A DNA stretch of 64,000 nt from Paecilomyces variotii (Eukaryota). The notes below the pieces were generated by a model that ran no database searches, was not told the DNA's origin, and saw only the letters and a list, made by a program, of their open reading frames with translations. The stretch lies in NCBI GenBank assembly GCA_004022145.1, contig RCNU01000001.1. One strand, written 5' to 3'. Within the stretch, counting starts at the first letter, position 1; every line of letters begins with the position of its first letter. Positions 40,943-55,500 of the stretch are shown here, piece by piece. The translations under genes and the position numbers were made by a program.

Positions 40943-41895
40943 TTTTGTAGATTTCCTTTCCGAAACGTGTATGATAGATAAGTTATAAGATGAATAGATA
41001 TCACTTCTTTTTTTCTTCTAAGAAGAAGTTTAGTAGATAATAGATACTGATACTGATAGAACGGTATCACACATGACAGCTAGCGCGACAAGGGAAAACA
41101 TGGGGACGAATTTATATCCTATTTCCCTCCCAGTTTCCCTCTCCATTTACGACATAGACGTCCTTCTTCTTCGCCTCCACCCCGTAAATGTAAGATACGC
41201 CATCGAAAAGTGGCATCATAACATTACAGTGTTTGGCCTTCAATGGCAAAATATCCTCTTGATATGGTGCCCCTAATTTGCCTATAGCTGGCCCTATAGA
41301 CCATATTTGGTATTACTGCATAGTACCTAAGGTACTATTATGGTTTGTAGATACACGGACCGCACATCCCTGCGCCTCTCGGGGTTCGGATCCCGCAACG
41401 TCATGTTGCTATAAACCGCACGTCAGGGATAAGCGAAGCATTACGCGAAATAATCCGGGCAAATGAAATGTATAAGTTGTTGATTTAAGTATATAGTGAA
41501 TGGCGAAGAATATGTAGAAAGGAAGAGAAAGAAGAACGTAGATGGCAAATAGCATTCTCTCCGTTCATTTTGGCCGTCAGGGAGGACGAGTCGAAAGATT
41601 ACGTGGGTGGCGATATGAAGAGATGTAGAAAAGGGGAGTATGGAGGAAGGAATTAGAATGGTTATTCAGTTAATTAGATTGTCTCATGAGGAAGGCTTTA
41701 TCAGCTAATTCGAACCAAGCTAAAGTGCTTCCATAGAACAGAGCAGAATTCATAATTACAACATTGGCAAGCTCAAGTTATGTAAAGCAAATCGGAATAA
41801 ATATGCGTCTGATTAGAACCTGGTACTTGAAATCGATATATAAGTCTATTAACGCCGTGTACGTCCCAACTCCTATAGTAACCATATGTATGCCC

Positions 41896-43593
41896 TTAAA
41901 AACCCAACCATCGTAGTAAAAACGACACCCACGAGCGTGGCACAACTGGAATATTCGCATGTACCACACTCTTCCTTGTTTCCTTTTGCGACCGCTGGTA
42001 GACTAGTTCTCCATTGACCCAGACCGCCTTCACATTTCGATCATCGCCGCTCCAGACCCATTTCTGGATCTTTTCTTCCCATGACTCCCAGCCAAAGATG
42101 TCGACATTTCCCTGGGGGTCATTGATGGTTTCGGCAGATCTGTCTTCAACAGAACTCAGTTCGATAAGTTGTGCGTCCCAGAACATGCCAACTTCGAAAC
42201 CACCGATCTGGTCAGCCATGTCGACGACTTTTGCGCCTCCTCTTGTCGCGAGATATAAGGCTTCCTCAACACTGAGATTCTCTCTTCCCGTTTGCTGTTC
42301 TGCGCTGTATGAGACGAGACGAGAGACGAGGATTGCCTGGCGAACTGCTTCAAGGACACTCGGGCTGTAACCACCGCTGACGTCCGTGCCCAACCCAACC
42401 GCAATGCCATCGTCGAGGAGCGTGCGGACCGGACAGAGACCCGAGCCTAGAGCAGAATTCGATGCTGGACAGTGCGATATCTTCGCCTCTCGTGAATGGA
42501 TCAGCAACCGTTCAGCTGGCGTGAGATGAACTGCATGTGCAAGAATTGTCCGAGGAGTTAGGAGGCCATGGCGGTCATAGACATCGGCATAACTTGTGGA
42601 ATCAGGGAAGAGCTCTCTCACGAGAGCGACTTCATTCTTGTTTTCGGAGATATGAGTCTGTATCCGCAACGGAGGATCGAACGAGGCAGCCAATTTTCCC
42701 AGGCCTGATAGCGAGATCTGGCTACACGTTGGTGCGAATCTTGGTGTAATGATAGGAGCGACAACTCTGCCCGCAGGATCAATTGATCGAATATGGGCGA
42801 TGGTAGCCTCCGTGGCTCTCAGGGATTCCTCTGCGGAAGCGTCACGATAGTAATCTGGACAAAAGTCGGGATTATCCATGCAGATGCGGCCGATAAATGC
42901 TCGCTGACCACGTTTGAGACAGAGATCAGCCAGCAGATTGGTGGCTGGAACATGAATAGTGGCATAGTAGGCAGCACACGTGGTTCCATTCGATAATGTA
43001 CGCGCAATGACCTTTTCGTAGGCTGTCAAGGCCTTTTGCGGAGCAACATCCGATCCATCTCCGTAAGAGGATTCTAGAGGAAATGTGTATTTCTCTAGCC
43101 AATCAAGTAACGTTGAAGAACCGAATATCCCCGAATTAGGATATTGTGACGCATGAATATGTGTGTCTGCCAAATCTGTTAGTTGTTTCCACTACAAGAT
43201 AACACATTCATTTACGAGAATCCAACCTAGAAAGGTCTCACACAAATTTTGCAAACCGGAACATTGAGGGAGACGTTACTTACCAATAAACCCTGGGAAA
43301 AAGAAGCCATGCCTCTTCTCACTCGCCTTGACTACTCTCACCGCTGTCTTCTCTCCATCCTCCTCCTCTTCAACATCTCCAGAAACAACCCTCCATCCCT
43401 TGTCTTGTAGTAAATCATGCAACTTTTCTTCTGTGCAGACACCCCAGTCAAACCCCTCGACACGCCCGCTCTCATTCGAAACCCACAGTGCTCCATGATT
43501 AATGTCCAGAACATGCTTTTGTCCCGAACTGGCGGGTATCCGTGGCAATTGAATAAATGTGCCATAGAAAATAGTATATACGGGAGGCATCAT
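41896..43593 (-). CDS. gud1: Guanine deaminase (amidohydrolase; 2 exons)
   Basis: FFFPGFI-DTHIHASQY, LLDWLEKYTFP, TPRFAP, QTHISEN, HCPASN, GLGTDVSGG and GDDRN. Confidence 0.95.
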
Positions 43594-43725
43594 GCAACAA
43601 GAGTGGATGTCAAATGTCACACAGCTTGAAGAACCTGACGCTAGTGCAGTGTAATGCCCTCGCCTATATAGAGCTTGCAACAATGTATGGATCTGTTACG
43701 GCTCGAGCAAAATGCGGAAATCGAA

Positions 43726-43831
43726 AAAAAAAAAAAAAAAAAGAGAGAGAGAGAAAGAGAGAGATGGAACAATGAAATTGGAAGCACAGGAAGGTGGGAT
43801 CTTCCACCTCTTTATATATATATATATATAG
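43726..43831. repeat. Poly-A, (GA)n and (TA)n runs in the guanine deaminase upstream region
   Basis: Directly visible. Confidence 0.8.
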
Positions 43832-44140
43832 ATGATGTTTGCTGCGATAAGAGCGGAGAAAGCAGAAAGAGTGGCCTGATGGGATGATCTGCAATGGAGA
43901 CGCGATAGCGACTTCTATCTCCGACGACACCCGTCGAGACAGCTGAACCGCTCCTGCAGAAGACAAATAGTTACTGGAAAGAAAATCTGGAATATCAACT
44001 GAAGCGATGAGACTGCAAACTCTCCAAAAAGGCCAATCCAAGCCCCAGCTGGCAGGAAAACAAGCCTCTTCTTATATCTCGAATCCAGGAACGATGGCGG
44101 GAATCCAGCCCGATCTCCGGCCCGCTGGGGTCTAAAATGT

Positions 44141-44267
44141 TGAAGGCCCCCTCCGGCTGCCCCCTTTCGGCGCCCTGCTCCCTAGTGATCACGTGACCTA
44201 GGCGAGCCCATATAGGCTTCGCCTAGCTCCTAGATCCAATTAAGCAAGCTTTCTCCCGCTTCCTTCA
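44141..44267 (+). repeat. Putative 5' LTR of the copia element (start may be 44138)
   Basis: TGAAGG...CCTTCA terminal inverted repeat immediately followed by a PBS-like GGTTATG; the second LTR is outside the window. Confidence 0.65.
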
Positions 44268-44280
44268 GGTTATGTCGCCC
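44268..44280 (+). promoter_or_regulatory. Primer-binding site (copia/Ty5-type, tRNAiMet half-molecule)
   Basis: GGTTATGTCGCCC resembles the canonical GGTTATG(A/G)GCCC. Confidence 0.6.
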
Positions 44281-45351
44281 TTGTTTTTACCCCTTGAGCT
44301 ACGAGCTAGTTACCTATTAAATTAATATTTTATTTATCTTATTGAATTCTTTGGGTTCTATTTACCTATTATAAGCTTTTATAGCTTTAAAATACGCCCT
44401 ATTTTAGTATTTAATTAACCTGTGAAAATTTTTCTCTAATAAACCCCTAAAAAGCCCTAACTGCTAAAAGTGCTGGCTTAAAGATAGGTACATTTAGTTA
44501 CCTACTATAGTCCAATATAGTATAATAGTATTATTATTTTAAATACTATATTACCTCTAAAAAAGCTTTATTAGTTATTTAATTAAATTTAAATTATAGT
44601 CTAATACCTATTATATATATATAGGCAGCTGTATTTAAAGGATTCCTAGTTATTTTAGTATTATAATAAGTAGCTAATTCTCTATTAAATAAACCGATCC
44701 TTTCTATAGAGCTAGCAGACCCTATTTTTAATAAGCAATTATAAAAGAAGACTAGGATAGTATCTATATAGCTAGAGGAGATTTATATAAAGATCTTCTA
44801 TAATACTTTAATAGAGTTAGTTTATAAAACTACTCCTTTATTATATATTCTCTTATAGGAGATGCTTTACTAACCTATAGAGTAAGAACTAAATAATATC
44901 TATTTTATTATATTGGAGATATATTAGGGTTTATTCTTATATTTAAACGCCTAAAATTATTAATAATTAATATTATAATTAGTGCTAGCTGCGAACTCTA
45001 TTACTTTATTAAATCTTCCCCTACTATAATAGTAGGAGAAATATTATAATATTAAAGTTAATCTATTATATAAATAAATTAATAATATATTTAAGCGGCT
45101 AAAGATACCTTAACTATAATTAAATAGCAGTAATTTTTAGAATTAGAGCTAGTAGTTTAAATTTGCTATTAGCAATCTAGATATTAAGAATCTTAATATC
45201 TTTAATTAAAATACTTTACTTAAAGGAAATAGCTAGTAATAGAAGATTACCTAATTTATTATAAGGAATTAGATTATAATATTATTAGACTTAAAAATCT
45301 TTAAAATTATTTAATTTTTAGATTAGCCTATTATTACTAATATCTAGCTAG

Positions 45352-45606
45352 TATTAAGGTATAGGCTCAGGAAGCGGGTCAGAACAAATAGAATAAGGAA
45401 GTTAATACTAGGACTAGCTATAGGATCTCTATTTAGCTAATTCAGACTAGAACAGACTGTTGCAGATAGGCTTAATAAATAAGATATAGCTTAAAGAGCT
45501 TAAATTTAGATTAAGCTATATACTGAAAATATTTTTGTAAAGTTATATAATATTTTATATAAGTATTAGCCGGTAAATCTCTATCTCCTATACTAGTATT
45601 ATAATA
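45352..45606 (-). repeat. Gypsy A 3' LTR
   Basis: Direct repeat of 51043-51297, differing by transitions. Confidence 0.95.
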
Positions 45607-48600
45607 ATACTCCTCTCCTTAAGATTAAGCTCTATTAAGACTATCCCTTAGCTTTAGCTTATTTAGATAGCGGCGGTAAAAATTAGTAATAATTTTCTAG
45701 ATATACTATAGATAATGCGCAGGCTCTTTAATTAAGTTATTATAATCTATCTATTTAATAATATACTATAATTAAGGGCCTCTATATCTATAGCATTTCT
45801 ATTAGGAGTTTAAGATATCTTTAATAACTTATTCTTTAAAGCTGTTAACTTTAACAGGCGGTAGTAAAGGTTATCTTTATCTAGGCACAGAGTCTTTAAT
45901 AATAGGGCAGAGTAGGCTAATATTAAATATAAGATAGATATATATTAAGGCAGGCAGGTTAAGCTAATAAGTATGCGGGTTAATAATCTTAATAATATAG
46001 AACGGGCTAAAATTCTTCTAATTAAGTTTCTTCTAGGGGCGCTGGGTATAAATATTTTAAGCATTTAACTAGACAGACTATCTTATATAATAATAGCAGG
46101 CTAGGGTTTAATAATAATTAGTCTGCTCTTTATAATAGGCTTAGGCAGCGCAGATCTAAATATAGATATAATCTATAATATCCTATATCTTTTTAATAAA
46201 GGCTTTGGCATCTCTGATAGCAGGCTAATTTATAGGCTAAATAAGCTTAAATTCTATATATAGATAGAACCTATAATTAGTAAAAAAGGGCAATATTTTA
46301 ATAGTCTCAGAATAATAGGAGTTTAACGCGAACTTAGCTAGAGGTAGCTAGTTAACCTAATTATCTTATAAGTAGCTAATATAAGCATACAGGTATTATT
46401 CTAAAACAGCGTTTATCCTCTTAATCTAACTATTAGTCTTAGGGTAGTAGGTAATAAATAGCAGGTTTATAATATCTAGGCATTAGGTTAGGTATTTCTA
46501 AAAAGCAGTAATAAACTAAGGGCCTTAGTTAAATACTATAGTCTTTAATAGCCTATAAAGCTTCTATATATAATAAATATATAATTATACTACTTCTTTA
46601 GTATTATAGGTAGCCTAGCAGAGAATAAAGTACTTTATCTTTATAAGTCAGTCTATAATAACTAATATAGTATTATAACCTTAGCAAAATATAAGTCTAG
46701 TAATAAAATCTATTAAGATATCTTATTAAGAGCATTTAGGGATAGGGAGCTAGTATAAGATTCCTTAGTAGCCTTTATTTAAGAGTATAATATAATAGCA
46801 GGTATAGCAATTCTAGGTCTAATAATCTATATATTAATATATATTTAACTAGTAGTACTCTTATAAGATTAGATTATAAAGCTTATATTTTTTAAAGTAT
46901 TTAGATATATACTTATTATAGTATTCTTATAATAAGTAAGCTCTTAGCTTATTATAATTAGGAATATATAAATAGTCTTTATAGTATAGATATCTTCCTT
47001 TTTATTAGTAATTAGCTAGTATAATCTTAGGATAATAATTAGCTTTATAATTTAAGGCTTACAGGATAGACTATATTAAATTATTAAATAGATAAGCTAT
47101 ATCTAGCAGGTTTTTAATACTAGGCGGGTATTCTAGTTTATTGGGTATAATAGAGGAACTTAATTAGTCTTATTTAATAGGCTGGGCTATTTTTTTAATA
47201 GGCTAAATAGTCTCTTTAATAGACTAAATTATCTCTTTAGCAGGTTAAGCAATTTTAATAGGCTAGTTAAGCAATAGAGTAGACTAAATAAGTTCTCTAG
47301 GCTAAATAGATTAACTTCTTAGAATAGGTTAGGCAAATATTCTTATAAGTTTAGCAGGATTTTTAGCTTCTTAAGCTATTAAATTAATAAAGCAAATATA
47401 CCTTATTATTTAACTTCTAATAATAGCTTTTAATTTTAGGGATCTCTAAATCTATAGGTTAAGGTTTTCCTTCTTTAAGACTATCTGGCTCTAATACTAT
47501 AGCTATTTATCTCCCTCTTTAGAAAAATCCTTTAACCTTCTAATTAGGGTATTAGGCTTTATTCCTTACTTTCTAGATTAATATATAATTTAGAAATTAA
47601 ACTAGAATAAAAACTTAGATTAATAGGCCTATCGCTGGTTTAGCAGCTTAATTAATATAAAATATTCTAGATTATAATAGTCTATAATAACTTTAATTAG
47701 CAATAGTATACCTTTAAGCTTAAGGTGCTACTTTTTAAAGCAGCAGATAATTATTAGCAGTTCTTTATTATAAATCTTATAATTATACTTTATAGTAGAG
47801 AGCTTTTTTAAGAAAAATATAATAAGATATAAGATTCCTTTATTATTATACTAGGATATAACTCTAGCTAATATATAGTTAGATAAGTTAGTTTTAACTA
47901 TAACCTTATAGATCTAGTTAAATAGCTTTAAAATCAGGGCTTAAATAAATACTTTTTTTAAGGCTTTAAAACTAGACTAATAGGCAGATATCTAATTAAA
48001 GGGAACTCCCTTCTAAGTTAAGCTTATAAGCAGTATAATTATCCTAGAAAAGTTATAAATAAACTAATAATAAAAGTTGCCAAACCTAATAAAGGCTTAT
48101 ATATTAATTATATAGATCAGGGTCTTCTATTTAATAATTATTTTTACCTTATCTAAGTTTATCTTAATATAGTCTTAGTTAATAATAATACCTAAAAATT
48201 TAATCTTAGAGATAATAAACTTATACTTTTAGATCTTTATATATAGGCCTATTTTATATAACTTCTATAAAATAGCGCAGATATATTAGATATATTTAGA
48301 ATAGATTATACTATATACTAGAATATTATTAAGATATATAGTGCAAAAGATATTAAAATAATCTTATAGAATATTATTAATAAACCTTTAAAATATCGCT
48401 AGTGCTTCTATTAAGCCAAATAATATTATTAGTAATTTAAACAGGCTAAGTTAGGTGCGAAAGATAGTTAGATATTCTTATCCCTTTTTAATACAAAGGT
48501 TATTAAATGCAGAAATAATATCAATTTTTATAAAATACTTTATTCCTTTTAGGTTATTTAGGGTCTTCTTAATTAGAGGTAGAGGATATTAATCTTTAAC

Positions 48601-51042
48601 AGTTATTGCGTTTAAGGCTTAGTAATCTATACAGATCTATATTTCTCTACCAGGCTTCTTAATAAATAGAATCGGGGATACAGCAGGTAATAAGCTTAAA
48701 TAGATAAATCTCTTTCTCAGATTTTTTTTAATCTATTCCTTTAGGACCTTTAATTTATTTTAGGACATAATATATAAAGATTTAAAGAGGAGTAACTTCC
48801 CCTCTAGTAGCTTAATATTATAATTATAAAGATAATATAATAGCAAATACTCAGCCTCCTTAGGAGAAAAGATATTAATATAATCTTTAAACTCTTTAGG
48901 CAGCAAGCGGGCAGGGTCTTCTTTCTAGACTTATTTAATCCTTAGAGCAATATCTAGGTCCTTTAGGGTAATTATAAATATTTAAGCATTTTTTTAAATA
49001 TAGGCAGAATAAGCAGCTAAAGAAATAAAAGCTATATTTCTCTCTTCTAATCTTTTAGGTCTTAGAGATAAATATTAAGGCAAAGCCTTTAGGGGAATAT
49101 TATATAAGGCAGATATTATAGTTAGTTTTAAGGGCATATTATAATTCTTTTAATAATAATTATTATTAAAAACAATACTATAGGTAGCAAATTATAGGTG
49201 CGGGTTATAATACTTTAACCAGGGGAGTCTTAAAATAATAGGATAGTGCGCCAGTTAAATAATATAGAACTTAGCATTTTTTTTAAAATAATCCTCAATT
49301 CTTATATCTATCTAAATATAGTGCATAATCTTCTTATCCTCTAGTTCTCTTCTATTAAATATATATAGGATAATTAGGCTTTTTAGAGGAATAAGCTTTA
49401 ACTTTTAGTTTTTAGCCTATCCTCAATCTATAAATTCTTATCCTTTAGCTTTAGTATTAAGCAAGGCATAAATTAGCAGGCAGGTCTTCTTCTTCTTCTT
49501 TTCTAATATTATAAGCAGTATTATTGATTTTAATTATTGCAGGTGTTTTTTAAGGTTAATTCTATAAATAATAGCAGTAGAGATTTAGATAATATATAGT
49601 TCTTAAGCCTAACTATAACTTACTCTAAGCTTACTCTTTTTATTAAAGATTAGCTAAGGGATAGACTATATAAGTCTAAGAATTAAATTGCTTAGAGAGT
49701 CTAGGGACAGGGTTTATATATAGCTATAGCCTAGATCTTCTAGTAATTATCTAGGTGCGGGTAATCTCTAATATAATATTTTAGGGAGCTATAATAAAAG
49801 CAGGCGCTAGTTTTATAATATAATAGGCTATATCCTCTTCTGCCTGGGCGTCTAAAAATGCTTAGGTTTATTAAGTTATATAGCTGTATTAAGGCTAATT
49901 TACTCTTTTATATAGGGCCTCTCTAAGGCTAATTATTATATCTTATAGTTAGGGCAAGACTTAAAACAGGCGAGGGAGACTAGATATACTAAACAGGTTT
50001 TAAAATAGTAGTATAAGTCTTTATAATAAAGGGCTAGTTTATAGTATACTAGCAGTGATAGTTCTTAAAGTTTTATAAGAATTTAGTAAATTAATAATAT
50101 TTATAACTTGGGGGCTAATTATATAATAATATTCTTTAGAGTTTTTAATTAATAGCTTACTTAAGCAGGGTAAATAATATTTTTTTAAATATTTCTCCTT
50201 CTAGTACTAGGCACTAGAATTTAGTAAAAAAGATTTTAAATTCTTTATTAGTCTAATAGAGGTTAAATAATTTATTATATATATTGTTTATATAATTAGA
50301 ATTATTAAATACACACTTTAAGATATTTAGAATCTCTTAGTAGTTGCTAAGAATATAAGTCCTATCTCTAATATATGGCAATACTTAGGTATAGGGCGCG
50401 CCTTTTAAATAATTAGTTATATAGGCTATATAGCTTTAGGGGATTAAAAATCGGTCTTAGTTAATTATTATCTTTCTCTAGATCTAGGCTATAAAGTGTT
50501 AAAGGTTTTTTTAGTTGCCTTTAAACTTATTAGGGTTAAAGAGTCTCTTTAAAAGTCTAGGGGCAGAGGGAGATATAATAATAAATATTTTAAATATTCT
50601 TATTAGAGCAGCTGCAGGCCTCTTAATATTAGGCTTAGGTTTAAGTATAAATAAAGGTATATTTATAATGGGTATAACTATATAGCGGGCCTAATCTCTC
50701 TTAAAAATAGCCTAGATATACTGCTATTTTTTTTTCTAAAACTAAGTCTTCTAATATTACTAAATAGCCTTAAGTTTAATAACTTTTTATTTAAGTCTCT
50801 ATTAAATAGCGGTAAATTCTTGCTAAAGCTCTTAGAAGTATATTTTAGCCTAATAGTTTATCTTATTCGCAGTAGTCTTAGCTTTATTAATATATTTATA
50901 TACTAGGCGATAATACTTATATTATTCCGGCCTATAGCCAGTAATAATATATTTAATAAATTTATTTAAGGTAATCGGCAGGAATAGGGGAATTAGGGCA
51001 AGTATTATTAATAATATTAACTCCTAGATAGGAGCTATATAA

Positions 51043-51297
51043 TATTAAAGTATAGGCTCAGGAAGCGGGTTAGAACAAATAGAATAAGGAAGTTAATACT
51101 AGGACTAGCTATAGGATCTCTATTTAGCTAATTTAGACTAGAACAGACTATTGCAGGCAGGCTCAGTAAATAAAATATAGCTTAAAGAGCTTAAATTTAG
51201 ATTAAGCTATGCGCTAAAGATATCTTTGCGAGGTTATATAATACCTTATATAAGCATTAGCCGGTAGATCTCTGTCTCCTATGCTGGTACCGTAATA
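51043..51297 (-). repeat. Gypsy A 5' LTR
   Basis: Direct repeat of 45352-45606. Confidence 0.95.
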
Positions 51298-52426
51298 GCT
51301 AGAGCTAAATAAATAATTTAATATTGCTAGATTTATATATTAGGTTAAGCTCTGCTAAGAATTTATAGAGCTTATTAATCTCCTTATATTAACTTTACTT
51401 ATCTCTACCTATATAAAGGCAAAATATATCTTTATTAAGCTTTAAGGTCTTAATATTATATTAAAGGATCTCTTCTATAACTAATTTTTAAATTTTATTA
51501 TTAAATAAGAATCTGGCTAGGTAAATAATTATTTTAAGTAATTTTATGCTACTAATATTATTAAATACCTAGATATTAAAAATCTAGATATTAGAAAGGT
51601 ATTAAAGGACCTTATCTAATATAAGAAGGCTATTACTAATATTAGATCTATATAGAGACTAATAACCTAGAATATTCTTATAATATTAAGGCCTATAGTA
51701 AGGTCTATAGATTTAAAACTTAGAGCTTTATAGAGACTATATAATATCTGTAATAGATTAAGTTATATTATAGAGAGATGCTAGATAATATACTCTAAAT
51801 TATATTTACTATAAAATTAAGATAATATAACCTCTAAACCTATAATATTATTAAATCCTAATCCCCTAGTTTAACTTATAGTTTATTAAGTTAATAGCAT
51901 CTCTATTATACTGGGAGCGATACCTATATATTATATAAAGGGGAATTAGATATTAGATATTAGATCGGATATCTATTTAATTATTTAGAGAGAGGTATTC
52001 TTAATATTTAAATCTATAAAAATCTCTATAGCTTATTTTAAAAGTATTTATAAAAAATAATTATTGTTTTAGAGAACTAGTATTATTCTTATATAATTTA
52101 ATAATATTCTATTATTTATTTCTAATATCTATTATATTCTAGGAGCTAATAATAATATCCTGTTATTTACTCTATTAAAGAGCTAAGAATTTAAGATCTT
52201 TATAAATAAAGATAATAAATATTTTATTATAAAGACCCTAGAAAATAGCTATTTTTATAGTATTATTATCTTTAAAGGGTAAAGATATCTTATATATCTT
52301 ATAGTATCTTCTCTTAATAAATAGGTTTATATTGCTTTACTTATTACTACTATAAGCATTCTTAAATAGAATACTATTACTCAATTAGTTAATCTTAAAC
52401 TATTTAAAGCCCTATTTCTCTATTAT

Positions 52427-52592
52427 TGTTACAGTATAGGGGATAAAGAAGTTATCCTTCTATTAGCTATATAAGGAAGTAACTATATAGCTAAGTTATT
52501 GGCCTAAGACTCTTATATCTTGCATCTTTATACTTTACTAAGGTAATAGGCAGGTAATATTAAGGTAGTATTATATGCCTATATCTATGTTA
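52427..52592 (-). repeat. Gypsy B LTR copy 1 (3' LTR)
   Basis: tgttacagtataggggataaag...ctatgtta. Confidence 0.93.
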
Positions 52593-55500
52593 ATATACCC
52601 CCTTTAAGAAAAATATTATTGTCCTTAATAATAGAGTATAGAAATATATATATAGATATAATATAAGATATAGTTAGATATTCTTATAGTTTATCTCCTC
52701 CTGCGCCTAGTTTATAATAATTAATATTATTTATAGGGTCTCCTATACTTCTATAGTTTAGCTAATAGTTTAAGATATTAATTATATTTTTAAATAAATT
52801 TTTAAATATTAACTAGGTCTTTAAGATAATATTATATATTATAATAAGCACTATATCTCTTTTAACAGACTAAATACTTAATAATAGTTTTATTTTAAAC
52901 TTGCTAGATATAATAGTTAAGTAATATCTTAATCTTATAATAATTAATATTAATATTCTTTATATTAATATATAATAGTAGTATATTATTAGAGAATATA
53001 AGATATTTAAAAGAATTATTTATATAGTATAGCTTTAGATAAGCAATAGAGAAGATATTATAATATTTCTAATAAGCTAGAATATCTAGCTAGTATATAA
53101 GATATTTAATCTTATATTTAACTATAAGCGGTCCTATATATTGTGCTAATAATTTTTTTCTAAGGATAATTATATTAGGGATATTATATTTATAATATAA
53201 TCTTAGTAAGATTTTATTATTAGGGGTAAAATAGATTAGCTAGTAATTTTTATTATATATATATTTAGTATTTATAGCAGCTAAGCAAAGTGCTTTATAT
53301 ATATTAAATTATAAGGTAAAATCTTAGATTTCTCTATTATAGAGGTTTATAGCATTATCTAATTAAGTATTATATATTAAATTATATAGGGATCTTATTA
53401 TAATAAATAATAGGCTAAAGTTTAATACTAATTATATTAATAGTAGAATCTTAAGCTAAGCTATAATATCTTTTAAAGTAGCTAAGTAGTATTATAGAGT
53501 AATCTTAGCTATCTAATTTATTTACTCTAATTATCTATTTATCTATAGATAGTATACTATTAAATAAAATAATTTAGTATTAAAATGTTTAAATAGGCCT
53601 TTCTATAGATTTAATAGAAACTTTAAATTATAATCTAATAGGATTATTAATAAGATACCTTAATTATTAATTTAAAGTTATTTAAATAATGCTAATACCT
53701 AGTCTTTAGCTGTCTATATATCTCGCCTTAGTATAAATATAACTTATTTTATGAATTTATAAATAATAGTTAAGATTTAATTATATAGCCCTATATTTAG
53801 TAGTCCTATAATAAAGTCTATAATAATTATATAAAAAGGAATATCTAGTATAAAGATAAGCTAATAGCTGCTATAAGGTATATAATAATATATTTAGTTT
53901 ATCTAGCATAAATAGTAATATTTAATATATGCTTTAATTTACTTTATAAGTCTATAAATTATAAAATTATAAATATTAGTAACTGTCTAGTAATACCTAG
54001 GGTATTCTATATTATTATAAGCTATTTTAAGAATATCCTTAAGGACTAACTATAGTATATAGAGATATTATATATTATTAGTATTAACTATATAAAGGAG
54101 TTTATTACAAATTATAAAAGGGAGATATATAGAGTTTATATTATCCTATAATATAATAAGAATCTTAAATTAATAAGGATTAGTTTTATAGCTATTCTTT
54201 AATTAAGTCTTAAACTTCTTTAATAACTTAATAAGAGTTATATTATATTATAGCTTATCCTTAGTATTATTAGTATATATAGTCCTAAGAAATATAGTAG
54301 CTAAATAATATTTAATATCTTCTAATATAGGGGTATTTAGCTTAATAAAGGGTAATTTAAGATATAACAATATATCTGCAATAATATTATTATATCTTGG
54401 CTTATATATAAGTATAAGGTTAAATCTTTATATATATTATAATGCTAAGATAAGGCATAGGTTAGTCTAATCTATAAATATTAATTAGAGAGATATTTAT
54501 TTAGTAATTATAATTATAGCATTATAATCTATAAAAATAATTAATAGCTTTTAATAGGTTTTAATAATATAGTATATCTTATGTAGTGCCTATATTAAAT
54601 ATACTACTTCTATTTTTATAGGCCAATATCTCTTTTTAGCTATATTAAGCTGCCTTAAGAGGAATATAATTAGCTAAACTTTTAATTAGTTAAATATAGC
54701 TTTAGGAGGTTTATAAACTATAAAGAGATAGTAACTATCTAGTTAAGCCTTAATATTACTATAAAGGTAGTATAATATAATACTAAAGCTAGAGATGCTG
54801 GCATTAATATTAAAGTAGAGCTAGCGCTTTAGATTACAGTATATAAGAAAAGATAAATTACTAAAGTGCTTTTAAATAGCATTATAAGTATCTATCTTAG
54901 CTTATAAGAGTATAGCTAAGATTATATTTTTTATAAAACTCTGCTATGCTTTACCTTTTATAGGGGCTTTATTAAAAAATATTATCTTTTAATCTTAAAG
55001 CGGCTATATTATCTTAATATATTAAGGGATATACTGCCTAAACTATCCTATTAAGCTAAGGTATAACTCTAAGGCTTAAGCTATATAAGGAAATAGAATA
55101 TTAATTATAGCCTTTACCTTCTTACTAATAGTACTTATTCCTAATAAATTAATATAGCAACTTAATAGCTATATAGAGAAAAATCCTATAAAAGACTTTT
55201 TAGGGTTAAGCCCAATATTTAGTTTCTGCATTTTCTTAAAGACCTTATAGAGATATATACAGTAATTATTAATTATATTAAAGGCGACTATAATATTATT
55301 AATATATATCTTTATAAATTTATAGAAAGCATGCAGGTAGTAATCTATCTAGCGCTAGACATATACTAGTATATTATAAAAGCCCATAACGGCAATATTA
55401 AAAATCTCCTGTCCTCTATAGGATATAACTAAAAGGCGGTTCCTGTAGTTATATTAGATACACTATTAATACTAGAAGGATACTGTATTAAATACTAAAA

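Larger units (their letters stand above)
45352..51297 (-). mobile_element. RIP-mutated Ty3/gypsy chromovirus A, full length, TSD GCTAG
   Basis: 255-bp LTRs; TSD 45347-45351 and 51298-51302; PPT next to the left LTR. Minus-strand motifs: CCHC (about 49760-49805), ALLNTKA = ALLDTGA (about 49450), RT YLNN = YLDD (48325-48336), IN YPKTNS*IK = HPETDGQTE (about 46420-46447), chromodomain (about 45655-45830). Confidence 0.95.

Noticed and set aside
44816..44880. Intron-like segment (GTTAGT..TACTAAC..TAG) in the copia leader
   Set aside because: Such TA-rich words arise readily after RIP; cannot be supported without an unmutated copy.
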